Shown in pieces: positions 1 through 10,087 of a stretch of 64,000 nt of DNA (the stretch's first letter is position 1; each line of letters opens with the position of its first letter). The notes beneath the pieces are model-generated. The model had not been told where the DNA came from and searched no databases. It was given only the letters and a program-made list of their open reading frames with translations. Source of the DNA: an uncultured delta proteobacterium (GTDB lineage Bacteria > Desulfobacterota > Syntrophobacteria > Syntrophobacterales > Syntrophobacteraceae); contig CAWEHK010000029.1 of NCBI GenBank assembly GCA_963808625.1, positions 64,001 to 128,000 on the forward strand, read 5' to 3'. The position numbers and the translations under genes were made by a program.

Positions 1-719
1 CTGTCGTTAGCAACTGGATCTCGAAGATGGACGATATCGACCTTTACATCGCCCCCAGCGTTTTTCTGCGTAACCAATTCATAGAGTGCGGCTACAGGGC
101 GGACTCCCTTCTCCACTTGCCGAATTTCCTGGAAGTTGAGGAAATGATACCCCACTATGCTTTCAACGATTATTTCGTGTTCATTGGGCGACTGGAAACC
201 GGAAAGGGCGTAGAAACGATGATAAGGGCCTACGCTCAGGCACAGGACCGGGTCACCCCGATGAAACTTAAGATCGTAGGGTCTGGCAGCAAGGTCGACG
301 AATACAAGCAGATGGCCGCAGCAGCAAGGGCAAACGGTCTCGAATTCCTAGGCTTCAAAGGCGGCGAAGAACTTGAGGAAGTAACAAAGAAAGCGAGAGC
401 GGTTATCATCCCTTCGGAGTTGTATGAGAACTATCCTTTTTCGGGCCTTGAAGCCATGGCGTATGGAAAACCGGTGATCGGCGCAAGGATAGGGGGCATA
501 CCCGAACAGGTGGACGATGGCGTGACGGGCTTTCTTTTCGAACCCTCCGACGACAAGGAGCTAGCAGAGAAAATGATTCTCTTAAGCCAATTGCCAGAAG
601 CCAGAATCACGGAGATGGGACGTAGGGCCAGGGAAAAGGTCGAAAGCAACAACAATAGATACAGATACGTCGCGGAACTGCTTCAGGCCTATGAGAAGGT
701 CATCGCACGTTTTAACTGA
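1..719 (+). CDS. Glycosyltransferase family 4 (GT-B), 5'-truncated by window edge
   Basis: Frame open from window start; FIGRLETGKG, PSELYENYPFSGLEAMAYGKPVIGARIGGIPE GT4 C-terminal motif. Confidence 0.9.
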   Translation, partial: VVSNWISKMDDIDLYIAPSVFLRNQFIECGYRADSLLHLPNFLEVEEMIPHYAFNDYFVFIGRLETGKGVETMIRAYAQAQDRVTPMKLKIVGSGSKVDEYKQMAAAARANGLEFLGFKGGEELEEVTKKARAVIIPSELYENYPFSGLEAMAYGKPVIGARIGGIPEQVDDGVTGFLFEPSDDKELAEKMILLSQLPEARITEMGRRAREKVESNNNRYRYVAELLQAYEKVIARFN

Positions 720-750
720 AGGCTTTACACATGAAAGGCAAAGCAGCACC

Positions 751-1743
751 ATGGAATGCGCCGTAATCGCTACTTACAGATGCAATGCAAAATGTGGGAT
801 GTGTCACACCTGGAGGTACCCTAGCAAGGCATCCGAGGAATTCAACCCCGATATCCTCGAGATGCTCCCCGGAGGCATGCATCGGCTTAACATCACTGGC
901 GGTGAGCCGATGATGCGTAAGGATATCCTGGATATCGTAAGCATTCTCGACAAGAAGACAAAACGGCTCGAAATTAGCACGAACGGGTTCTTCATCGACC
1001 GGATTTTGGCCATTGTGGAGAAGTTCCAGAATATCACCATTCGTATCAGCATCGAGGGCCTTCCCAATCTTAATGACAGGCTCAGGGGCATTGATAACGG
1101 GTTTGACAGGGGCCTGCGGCTCCTACTTCGCCTCAAGCAGATGGGCATGCGCGACATTGGCTTCGCCATGACCGTTTCCGGTGAGAACTGCCGCGACATC
1201 CTGGACGTCTACCACTTGGCGGCATTTATGGATGTGGAACTCGCAAATGCCGTCGTGCACAACTCGTTCTATTTCCACAAGACGGACAACGTGATCTCGA
1301 ATGTGGAGGAGTTCGAGGAGGTCATGCGCAAGTTCATGGAGCGGCTGCTGACCTCTCCCAGGATCAACGCGAAAAGGAGGATCAAGGATTGGTTTCGAGC
1401 TTATATAAACGCAGGTTTGCTGATGCACGTCAAGGAGGGGCAGCGACCCATCGAGTGTGGGGCTGGCACCGACACCTTTTTCGTGGACCCGTGGGGAACG
1501 GTCCTGGCGTGTAACGGTTCGGAGCAGCCCTTGGTCATGGGGGACCTGAAAGAGCAATCGTTCGATGATATCTGGTGCAGTGAACAGGCAATAGTTGTTA
1601 GAAAACAGGTGGCAGAGTGCAAGCGCTCCTGCTGGATGACCGGGACCGCCGTTCCTGCCATGCGAAGAAATCCTCTTAAACCGCTTTCGTGGGTTTTAAG
1701 AAACAAGATCAGGTTAATTCAAAGGAAGCCCCTCTTTCTCTAA
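751..1743 (+). CDS. Radical SAM/SPASM-domain protein
   Basis: CNAKCGMC (CxxxCxxC), ITGGEP, C-terminal CGAG...DPWG...CN...C..SC SPASM/twitch cysteines; ATG 751 chosen as start. Confidence 0.88.
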   Translation: MECAVIATYRCNAKCGMCHTWRYPSKASEEFNPDILEMLPGGMHRLNITGGEPMMRKDILDIVSILDKKTKRLEISTNGFFIDRILAIVEKFQNITIRISIEGLPNLNDRLRGIDNGFDRGLRLLLRLKQMGMRDIGFAMTVSGENCRDILDVYHLAAFMDVELANAVVHNSFYFHKTDNVISNVEEFEEVMRKFMERLLTSPRINAKRRIKDWFRAYINAGLLMHVKEGQRPIECGAGTDTFFVDPWGTVLACNGSEQPLVMGDLKEQSFDDIWCSEQAIVVRKQVAECKRSCWMTGTAVPAMRRNPLKPLSWVLRNKIRLIQRKPLFL

Positions 1744-1763
1744 ATTTCTGTTTGAACGACGGT

Positions 1764-2885
1764 ATGAGAATAGCAATCCTTGGTTCGAAGGGTATACCGG
1801 GACACCATGGTGTGGAAGTGGTGGTGGATTCGCTTGTTCCAGAACTGGCACGCTGTGGTCATGAAATAACCGTATACGGTTACGCCACTTACACGAAACC
1901 AACCGACGATTACCACGGGGTGCGAATCAAGACCATTTCGGGTCTCTCGACGAAGAACCTTGAAATGATATCGCACATGTGGAGCGCCTCTGTGGATGTC
2001 AGACGGGAGCGTTATGATCTGGTTCATATTCACAGTACGGATCCCTGTCTTCTTGCCTGGCTGCCAGCGTCTCGGCATGCAGTGGTTGCCACTTCACATG
2101 GGCAAGCTTACCAGAGAAAAAAATGGGGATTCCTGCCGCGAATGATGTCCAAAGTTGCTGAATATTTTTACATGTTCATACCTGAAGTAGTCACATCTGT
2201 GTCCAAGCCCCTCGCTGATTACTACAAATCCAAGTATAGCAAGGATGTCCGCTACATTCCGAATGGGATAAAGGTGCGAGAAAAACCGCCTCAAATATTT
2301 CTTAAGAAATGGGAATTACAGCCTTACAGATACCTATTCTGCTCAGCAGGGCGAATTGAACGTACAAAGGGGCTCGATACGTTATTTGAGGCTTATTCCA
2401 AAACCAAAACTCTCTTGCCGCTGATTATTGCGGGTGGTGGGAGTGGAAGTGACTTGCCTTATTTCGACCAACTTAAGAGGAATAAGCCTGGAGGTGTTCA
2501 CTTCGCAGGCTTTTTAAGCGGGGATGAACTTTTCTCGTTGTACGCATATGCTCGTGTCTTCGTGTTCCCATCCGAATATGAAGCCATGTCGATGGCATTG
2601 CTGGAGGGTTTGTCATTCGGGGTGCCAACCGTATACAGCGATATTCCTGAAAACAGGGCGGTGGCAGGGGAGTTTGCTTATCCCTTTGACGTGTCAGATG
2701 CTTTTTCGTTAAGAGAAACAATCCAACATGTACTAGCCAATGAGAGCGAAGCATTCGGCAAAGCAGAAAAAGCAAGGGATTACATCCTGGATAAGCACAA
2801 TTGGAAAAGCATTGCAGGTCAATACAACCAGATTTATCTCGAATGTCTTGAAGCCCGGAAAGCGAGCCGAAAAGGTTATAGATGA
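1764..2885 (+). CDS. Glycosyltransferase family 4
   Basis: MRIAILGSKGIP N-terminus, AGRIERTKG, PSEYEAMSMALLEGLSFG. Confidence 0.9.
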   Translation: MRIAILGSKGIPGHHGVEVVVDSLVPELARCGHEITVYGYATYTKPTDDYHGVRIKTISGLSTKNLEMISHMWSASVDVRRERYDLVHIHSTDPCLLAWLPASRHAVVATSHGQAYQRKKWGFLPRMMSKVAEYFYMFIPEVVTSVSKPLADYYKSKYSKDVRYIPNGIKVREKPPQIFLKKWELQPYRYLFCSAGRIERTKGLDTLFEAYSKTKTLLPLIIAGGGSGSDLPYFDQLKRNKPGGVHFAGFLSGDELFSLYAYARVFVFPSEYEAMSMALLEGLSFGVPTVYSDIPENRAVAGEFAYPFDVSDAFSLRETIQHVLANESEAFGKAEKARDYILDKHNWKSIAGQYNQIYLECLEARKASRKGYR

Positions 2886-2929
2886 AGTGTTCGCCTTCCA
2901 AGTGTTCCCTTTCCTGAAGGATTAGAAGC

Positions 2930-4037
2930 ATGAACATCCCTTTTGTTGATTTGAAAAGTCAGTACGCGAGTGTAAAGGAAGAGATCGACAGTGTTGTCCT
3001 GGATGTGATGGCCCACTCCGCTTTTATAGGTGGGCCTCATGTCGAATCCCTAGAGCGGGCTTTCGCAAATTTCTGTGGCGTGAACCATTGCGTAGGCCTC
3101 GGAAATGGGACTGACGCGATCTTTATTGCTCTCAAGGCCTTTGGTGTTGGCGCGGGAGACGAGGTTATCACCGCCGCCAACAGTTTCATTGCCACATCCG
3201 AGGCCATTACCATGGCAGGGGCCAGGGTGGTATTTGTCGATGTTGATCCGTTGACTTACAACATGGACGTTGATCAGATCGAAGGAAAGATTACCCCGCA
3301 TACGAAAGCCGTCGTGCCGGTGCATCTTTATGGCCAGCCGGCTGATATGGAACCGATCCTGGATCTTGCGCAAAGATACCGGCTCCTCGTTGTCGAGGAT
3401 TCGGCCCAGGCTCATGGAGCTATGTACAAAGGGCGCCGCGTCGGATCGCTGGGGGCACGCCGCCTGCTTCAGCTTCTATCCGGGGAAAAACCTTGGAGCA
3501 TACGGAGATGCGGGAGCAATTGTTACGGATGATGAGGAAGTGGCGGCGAAAGCACGAATCTTTGCCAACCACGGGAGAATTGACAAGTACGACCACGCAG
3601 TCGAAGGCGTGAACAGCCGTCTGGATGGGCTGCAGGCAGCGATTCTGAATGTCAAGCTGAAACATCTCCCGGAGTGGACGAAGCGAAGGCGGAGGAATGC
3701 TGCTCTTTATAATGCTTATCTAAAGGACTTGGACGTGATCACGCCTAAGGAAATGGAGGGCGTCGAGCACGTTTATCATTTGTATGTGGTGAGGGTCAAG
3801 CCGGAGATCAGAGCAAAACTTCAAGAGCATTTAGCGACGAGAGGGATTGCGACGGGGATTCATTATCCGATTACTTTGCCGAATTTGAAGGCATATGCGT
3901 ACCTTGGGTACTCAGAGACGGATTTTCCGCAGGCGACGAGGGCTTCGAGGGAGGTGCTTTCGCTGCCGATGTATCCGGAATTGGAGGAGGAGCAGATTGA
4001 GTATGTGGCGTGGGCTATGAAGGACTTCGGATTATAA
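2930..4037 (+). CDS. DegT/DnrJ/EryC1/StrS sugar aminotransferase (one frameshift at G-run ~3451-3455, probably artefact)
   Basis: MNIPFVDLKSQY, PVHLYGQ, EDSAQAHG in ORF 2930-3532, continuing as FSFYPGKNLGAYGDAG...NSRLDGLQAAIL...LSLPMYP in ORF ending 4037. Confidence 0.9.
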
Positions 4038-4039
4038 AA

Positions 4040-4240
4040 AGAGAAGGTCATAGGTAATCGGTAATGGCTCCCTAGCGAAGAGAAAAAGAGGTCTCTCATA
4101 GAACGCGCAGAGACGCAGAGACGTAGAGAAAAGAAGGCTCTGTGGGGTCTGCGAGAGACAATTTTGGCTTTGTGAGCTTTCTGTGAGTGACCGTGAGAGA
4201 GGCTGTTCTTTCGGAATTCGGTGAGCAGGAGATTTTGGGA
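4040..4240. repeat. Intergenic short-repeat tract (GGTAAT-type heptamers, CGCAGAGA units)
   Basis: aggtcataggtaatcggtaatgg and cgcgcagagacgcagagacgtagaga. Confidence 0.45.
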
Positions 4241-4247
4241 TTAGGCC

Positions 4248-4727
4248 ATGACTGATCAGCACTTGAAGCGGATTGCTCCTGACGTAAAGCTCGGGCTTGA
4301 TGTGAGGATTCAGGATTTCGTCAACCTCTATGGCTGCGAAATTGGGGACGAAACCCGGATTGGCCCTTTTGTGGAGGTGCAGCGAGGGGTGACGATCGGG
4401 AAGCGCTGCAAGATCCAGAGCCATTCCTTTATCTGTGAGGGGGTAACCATTGAGGATGAGGTCATGGTCGGGCACGGGGTCATGTTCATCAACGATCGCG
4501 ACCCGGCGGCCGTGAATGCGGATGGCTTTCTTAAGAGTGACGCGAATTGGGTGTGTGTTCCGACTGTCGTGAAGAAGCGCGCATCCATAGGTTCAAACGC
4601 GACCATTCTCTGCGGTGTGACGATTGGTGCAGGGGCGTTGGTGGGGGCCGGGGCCGTGGTCACGAAGGATGTGCCGCCTAATACCGTGGTCGTGGGAAAT
4701 CCAGCTTGGATGTTGAAGACAAGATGA
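4248..4727 (+). CDS. Hexapeptide-repeat N-acetyltransferase (WbpD/FdtC-like)
   Basis: NLYGCEIGDETRIGPFVEVQ, HSFICEGVTIED, GAGAVVTKDVP...GNPA. Confidence 0.9.
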   Translation: MTDQHLKRIAPDVKLGLDVRIQDFVNLYGCEIGDETRIGPFVEVQRGVTIGKRCKIQSHSFICEGVTIEDEVMVGHGVMFINDRDPAAVNADGFLKSDANWVCVPTVVKKRASIGSNATILCGVTIGAGALVGAGAVVTKDVPPNTVVVGNPAWMLKTR

Positions 4728-4778
4728 AAGTAACTGAAAGAAACAATATCGTAGATTCGAAGATGAGAACCATAGTCC

Positions 4779-6239
4779 ATGTGGCAGAATCAGCCTAAAT
4801 TCAAATATGCTTTCCTCACGTTAGACGGCATTATCTTCACTATCGCCTTCGGTTTTGCCTTTCTTCATGGTATTTCCAGACTTCCGGGAACTTGGGAGCA
4901 TAAACATCAACTTTTACTTCAGTCATTTTTATTTATATACTATTTTTCTAGTTATTTATTGGTTCTGTTTTATGAACGGAAATCTATATAAGCGAAATAT
5001 TATTATCACCAGATATCGGCATGCTATCCTAATTATTAAAGCCCTCATGATCGGCAGTATTGTAGTAACGGTAATTATGGTGTTCTCAAATAGTGAATAT
5101 TTAGTAAATTTCGGAACATTCATGATGGCCTATTTCCTCCTCTGTGGCTTCCCTTTACTGATTCTATTCAGAGTTGTTGTGGCAAGAAGAGCTTATCTTT
5201 ATCTGATCGCGAAGAATGTATTCAGGTCCAGGGTCCTCATTGTGGGGGGGGATGAATTGGCCGAGCACGCTGCCAAAGGCCTGGAGCAGCGCGGCATCAA
5301 ACGAGTTCATGGTGGTTGGCTTTGTCGATGATTCCAAAGACTCTCGGTCCAGCATTCGGGGCCACGTGGAGAACCTTGGAACACTCAATGATCTCAATGA
5401 AATTGTCTCCCAACGCCAAGTGGATGAAGTCCTGGTTGCCGTGGGTGATGTGCCCTATCTCGAATTGATCAGGACGGTTGAGGCGTGCCTCAGAACGGGT
5501 AAGGTCGTTCGCGTCTATTCCAACCTTTTGCAGATTATCGCTGAGAAGCTGAATGTCGAGTTCTACGGGGACATCCCGGTGGTCAAGCTGTCCCAGTATG
5601 CCCTCTGGGATAACGTGTGGATGATGAAAAGGGTCCTCGATGTCCTGGTGAGCGCCGTTTCCCTGGTCTTGCTTGCGCCGGTGTTTGCCGCCATTGCCCT
5701 GGGCATCAAACTCTCCTCGCGAGGACCCGTCGATTTTTAAGCAGGTAAGAATCGGCAAGGGTGGGCACCCGTTCACTTTTTACAAATTCCGTTCCATGCA
5801 TGTCCACGCCGACGATTCAATACATAGGGAATATGTCAGGAATCTGATTCAGAACGAATGTTCATCCGAACAGAAGGAGATAAGGGTTTTCAAGATAACC
5901 GACGATCCCAGGATCTTCAGGTTTGGCAAGTTTATCAGAAAGACAAGCTTTGATGAATTTCCGCAGCTTTTCAATGTACTGAAAGGCGATATGAGTCTCA
6001 TTGGTCCGAGGCCCTGTTTGCCTTACGAGTGGGAATGTTACAGCGAGTGGCACAAAGCAAGGTTGATGGCCCCCCCGGGGTGCACAGGTTTGTGGCAGGT
6101 GGTCGGAAGAAGCACCGTAACCTTCGAAGAGATGGTGATCCTTGATCTTTATTACATCAGCAACATGACAACATGGTTTGATCTCAAAATTATGATGAAG
6201 ACCTTTCCGGTCATTTTTCTAGGCGCGGGCGCCCATTAG
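4779..6239 (+). CDS. Undecaprenyl-phosphate sugar-phosphotransferase (priming glycosyltransferase), split by ~3 frameshifts
   Basis: N-terminal TM segments, RVLIVGG, VVGFVDD, KRVLDV, FYKFRSM, DDPRI...RKTSFDEFPQLFNVLKGDMSLIGPRP, GCTGLWQV across ORFs 4779/4855/5216/5673. Confidence 0.88.
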
Positions 6240-6330
6240 AAGACCCCACCATCGAGGGCACTGAGGAAATACTGAATTGTCTTCGGTGTGCTCGCTGATC
6301 AATTTCTTTGTTGAACACAGGAGGGCAGGT

Positions 6331-7341
6331 ATGCTGAGAGCGGGTGTGATAGGGTGTGGTTACTGGGGGCCAAATCTGATCAGGAATTTCATCCAACTCC
6401 AGGAGAGCGACGTGGCCTGGGTGGCAGACCTCGATGAGTCGCGCCTCAAAAAGATGAAGGAGCTCTATCCATCAGTTGCGACAACGACGGATTACCGGGA
6501 GATCATCACCGATCCCGGAGTGAATTTCGTGGCTATCGCTACCCCTGTCCATACCCATTATCGGCTGGCGCGGGAAGCGCTGGATCAGAAGAAGCACGTA
6601 CTGGTGGAAAAACCCATTGCAGCTTCCGTTCAAGAAGCCGAAGAACTGGTGCACCTGGCGGCAGCTCAAGGCTGCAAGCTCATGGTCGGGCACACCTTCC
6701 TCTACACCTCCGCCGTCAAAAAAATGAAAGAGATCATCGACTCGGGTGAGCTTGGCGAGATTTATTATATCAATTCACAACGTTTGAACCTGGGCCTCTT
6801 TCAGCAGGATATCAATGTGGTGTGGGACCTGGGACCGCACGACATTTCAATTATTTTGTACCTGTTGGGGCAGGAGCCGCATTGGGTGAGCGCCGTCGGA
6901 GCGTCACACATCAACCCGAAGGTCGAGGATATCGCAATTTTGACCATGGAATTTGCCGATAATCTGGTCGCTTTTGTTCAAAGCAGTTGGCTGGACCCGG
7001 ACAAGATCAGGAAGATGACGGTCGTCGGCAGCAAGAAGATGATGGTGTACGACGACGTGCAGCCGACAGAAAAAATCAGGATTTACGATAAAGGCGTTGA
7101 GAAGCCCAAGCATTATGACACTTTTGCTGAGTTCCCTTACTCATACAAGTACGGAGACATCATTATCCCCAAGATTGACGGCACCGAACCGCTTCGCACC
7201 GAATTGAGCCATTTCCTGGATTGCATAAAGTCCGATGTCACGCCCATGAGTGATGGCAGACGCGGGCTCCAGGTGGTCAAGATCCTCGAGGCCGCCCAAA
7301 AATCTCTGGACCAGGGTAACAATCGATTTTCCGTCGGGTAG
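6331..7341 (+). CDS. Gfo/Idh/MocA family oxidoreductase (WbpB-like nucleotide-sugar dehydrogenase)
   Basis: GVIGCGYWGPNLIRNF, HVLVEKP, WDLGPHD; AGGAGG RBS before ATG 6331. Confidence 0.9.
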   Translation: MLRAGVIGCGYWGPNLIRNFIQLQESDVAWVADLDESRLKKMKELYPSVATTTDYREIITDPGVNFVAIATPVHTHYRLAREALDQKKHVLVEKPIAASVQEAEELVHLAAAQGCKLMVGHTFLYTSAVKKMKEIIDSGELGEIYYINSQRLNLGLFQQDINVVWDLGPHDISIILYLLGQEPHWVSAVGASHINPKVEDIAILTMEFADNLVAFVQSSWLDPDKIRKMTVVGSKKMMVYDDVQPTEKIRIYDKGVEKPKHYDTFAEFPYSYKYGDIIIPKIDGTEPLRTELSHFLDCIKSDVTPMSDGRRGLQVVKILEAAQKSLDQGNNRFSVG

Positions 7342-7348
7342 GCGTCCG

Positions 7349-7804
7349 CTGAACCTTTTCCTTGCGCTTATCGTCGCTCATCTCTGTGGTGATCTGCTTG
7401 CCTACACCACCTTTATGGCCAGGGCTAAACGCTTGGCCTCATGGCCGTCAAAAGCGGCAGCCACGGGCTTGCACTCTCTGATTCACGCCGGCCTGGCGTG
7501 GTTCTGGCTGTGGCCCTGGGATGGCAAGACCAGGCTCTATGCCGCTCTCTACACGTTCCTGGTCCATTACGCGATAGACTTTAGCCGGACCTTTCTCGAA
7601 ACCGGCGTCTTCAGTTCTGCTGAGGTGAAGGTCTTCCGCAGGCAGGATGTGTTCCGCTGGGCAATTGGACGGGACCGGGGCGCCTCGGAAGTGCACGCCT
7701 TTATGGAAAAGAACACCTTCACATGGTCGCTGCTTAATATCGTTGATCAGGGCCTGCACGTGCTGTCAATGGCCCTGTTTGCCTGGTATGTTCAGCTCCC
7801 CTGA
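7349..7804 (+). CDS. DUF3307-like membrane protein (start uncertain)
   Basis: AHLCGD, HSLIH, HYAID, DQGLH conserved His/Asp pattern in hydrophobic helices. Confidence 0.65.
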   Translation: MNLFLALIVAHLCGDLLAYTTFMARAKRLASWPSKAAATGLHSLIHAGLAWFWLWPWDGKTRLYAALYTFLVHYAIDFSRTFLETGVFSSAEVKVFRRQDVFRWAIGRDRGASEVHAFMEKNTFTWSLLNIVDQGLHVLSMALFAWYVQLP

Positions 7805-7854
7805 AACCATCTCCCTGTTTACTACCGTGTCTCATGACCCTATGCGAACAGACG

Positions 7855-9411
7855 ATGAATAAAGCCTGGGCTTTGCGCTTCGAGCAATGGTGGTCGCCCG
7901 TTCTCTCGGCAGTGGTTCTGGGCGCCTTATGGGTGTGGTTGTATGGGACATCCTTCTCGCAGCTGCTGGGCCATTGGAACAGTGAGGACTATTCCTATTG
8001 TTATCTGGTGCCCCCCCTGGCCGCCTATCTCGCCTATCACCATCGCGAACTGCTGCAAAGGTCGGTGGGCGGGAAGGTGTGGCCGGGGCACCTCGGCTTG
8101 TTGGTGTCGGCCTGTCTGTTCCTCACGGGGAGGTTGGGTTCGCTCGAGACCCTGGTGTATCTGTCCATGTGGCTGTCCCTTTCCGCCATCCTCGTTGTGC
8201 TGCTGGGAACAGGTTCGCTGAGGGCTTTGAGGTTTCCGTTGGCCGTGCTCTTCTTTGCCATTCCCCTTCCCCCTTTCCTCACCCACCTCCTGACCTTCAA
8301 ACTGCGCCTGCTCTCCTCCGCCCTCGCGGTCGATGCGCTGCAGTTGCTGGGGATTTCCGCATACCGGGAGGGCAATATCATCGACCTTGGTTTCACCCGG
8401 CTCCAGGTTGTGGATGCCTGCAGCGGCCTGCGCTACCTGCTCCCAACGGTGCTTGTCGCCCTGGTCATGGGCTATCTCTTAAACCGGGGGGTTTGGGAGC
8501 GCCTGGTGCTGGTGGTTGCCGCGGGTCCGATATCGCTGCTGATTAATGCCATGCGCATTGTGGCTGTCGTTCTTTTGGCGAAGCATGTGTCGGCCCAATT
8601 CGCAGAGGAAAGTTTTCTGCACGATTTTCAGGGCTGGATCACGTTTATGGTTTCGGTCGCGCTCCTCCTGCTCATCAGCGTCCTGCTCCGCCGGGTTGCG
8701 GGGCGAAACGACCATCCGGCGCCTCTCCAAGTCCAACCTGCGGGGGGGGCGACCAAGGTGCACGACAGCCGCCCGTGGGTCCACCCATTGCTTGCCGCTC
8801 TGCTTCTTTTGACACTCCACTTTACCGGGGTTCACCTGGAGACTGCCCAGATGAAACCGGCGCGAAGCGATTTCTCGAGTTTTCCCATGACCATTGACGG
8901 CTGGACGGGGACAAGGGTCTTCCTCGAGCAAAGAATCCTGGAAAGTCTTTGGGCGGACGACTACGTCACAGGGACTTTCCTTCATCGTTCGACAGGGAAT
9001 TGCCTGCAATTGCTCATTTCCTACTATAACTCCCAGACCACGCAGCACACTGCCCATGCACCCACATCATGCCTCCTGGGCGGCGGCTGGGACCTTCTAA
9101 AGAAGCAGGAGCTTCCCCCCGACCCGGCAACCGGCCGCGCCTTTCCCGTGCAGCAGATGATCATGCAAAAGGATGGGCGGCTGCTCCTCTCGAACTTTTG
9201 GTTTCAACAAAGGGGCCGCGTGATAGCGAGCGAATACTGGAACAAACTCTATCTCTTCTGGGACGCCCTGACACTGCACCGCACCGACGGCGCCCTCGTG
9301 AGGGTCGAAATGCCGCTTTTGCCCGGACAGAGCGAAGAGCAGGCTCAGGGTGTACTCGACACCTATACCGTGGCACTGGGTGTTATGGTGAATGCCTATG
9401 TTCCTGACTGA
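7855..9411 (+). CDS. Exosortase fused to EpsI domain (XrtD-like, VPLPA-CTERM-type)
   Basis: Multi-TM N-terminus with DYSYCYLVP, VVDACSGLR (catalytic Cys), NAMR, HDFQG; C-terminal EpsI with HAPTSCLLGGGW and RTDGALVR. Confidence 0.88.
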   Translation: MNKAWALRFEQWWSPVLSAVVLGALWVWLYGTSFSQLLGHWNSEDYSYCYLVPPLAAYLAYHHRELLQRSVGGKVWPGHLGLLVSACLFLTGRLGSLETLVYLSMWLSLSAILVVLLGTGSLRALRFPLAVLFFAIPLPPFLTHLLTFKLRLLSSALAVDALQLLGISAYREGNIIDLGFTRLQVVDACSGLRYLLPTVLVALVMGYLLNRGVWERLVLVVAAGPISLLINAMRIVAVVLLAKHVSAQFAEESFLHDFQGWITFMVSVALLLLISVLLRRVAGRNDHPAPLQVQPAGGATKVHDSRPWVHPLLAALLLLTLHFTGVHLETAQMKPARSDFSSFPMTIDGWTGTRVFLEQRILESLWADDYVTGTFLHRSTGNCLQLLISYYNSQTTQHTAHAPTSCLLGGGWDLLKKQELPPDPATGRAFPVQQMIMQKDGRLLLSNFWFQQRGRVIASEYWNKLYLFWDALTLHRTDGALVRVEMPLLPGQSEEQAQGVLDTYTVALGVMVNAYVPD

Positions 9412-9426
9412 AAGGAGTGAAGAGCA

Positions 9427-10038
9427 ATGATAAAATGGTTTATTGATTTTCCCGGGGTATGGAGGGTGGCGCTCTGTATCGCCTCACTGTGGTTTTTTGG
9501 TTGTGCTTTGGCTCAAGATCATAATGCGGCGCAGATGGAACCGGGTCCGCCCGGGGATTACCGGATGGCACCTTCGGATGTCCTCGAGATCACCATCTAT
9601 GGGGAAGAGGGGCTCACCAGAAACCAATTGGTGGTGCGCCCGGACGGGAAGGTCTCCTTTCCGTTGATTGGGGATGTGGAGGTGGGGGGATTGACCACCG
9701 TCCAGGTCAAAGAGGTGGTCGAAGAGAAGGTGCGTGCGTTTATCCCGGAAGCCGTGGCGGCAGTAAGCGTGATGCAGCTCGGGAGCCTGCAGTATTACGT
9801 GGTGGGAAAGGTCGCCAAACCCGGGATGTACAATGTTGCCAAGCCGCTCACCGTGCTCCAGGCCCTGGCCCTTGCCGGAGGTCCGGTCACATTTGCCAGG
9901 GAAGACAAAATCTCGATTTTGCGCAACCATGGCAAGGAAACCATAAGTCTCCCATTCAATTACGAAGAGATCAAAAAAGGCCGAAGCCTGGACCGGAATA
10001 TTCTGCTGGAACGAGGAGATGTGGTGGTGGTGCCATAA
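9427..10038 (+). CDS. Polysaccharide export protein (Wza/Poly_export + SLBB)
   Basis: DYRMAPSDVLEI, VRPDGKVSFPLIG, VVGKVAKPG, LERGDVVVVP. Confidence 0.9.
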   Translation: MIKWFIDFPGVWRVALCIASLWFFGCALAQDHNAAQMEPGPPGDYRMAPSDVLEITIYGEEGLTRNQLVVRPDGKVSFPLIGDVEVGGLTTVQVKEVVEEKVRAFIPEAVAAVSVMQLGSLQYYVVGKVAKPGMYNVAKPLTVLQALALAGGPVTFAREDKISILRNHGKETISLPFNYEEIKKGRSLDRNILLERGDVVVVP

Positions 10039-10087
10039 AGGGCGGGTGGTGGGCAACAGCTTGAGGGGAGGGGGGCTTGTCTGGTCG

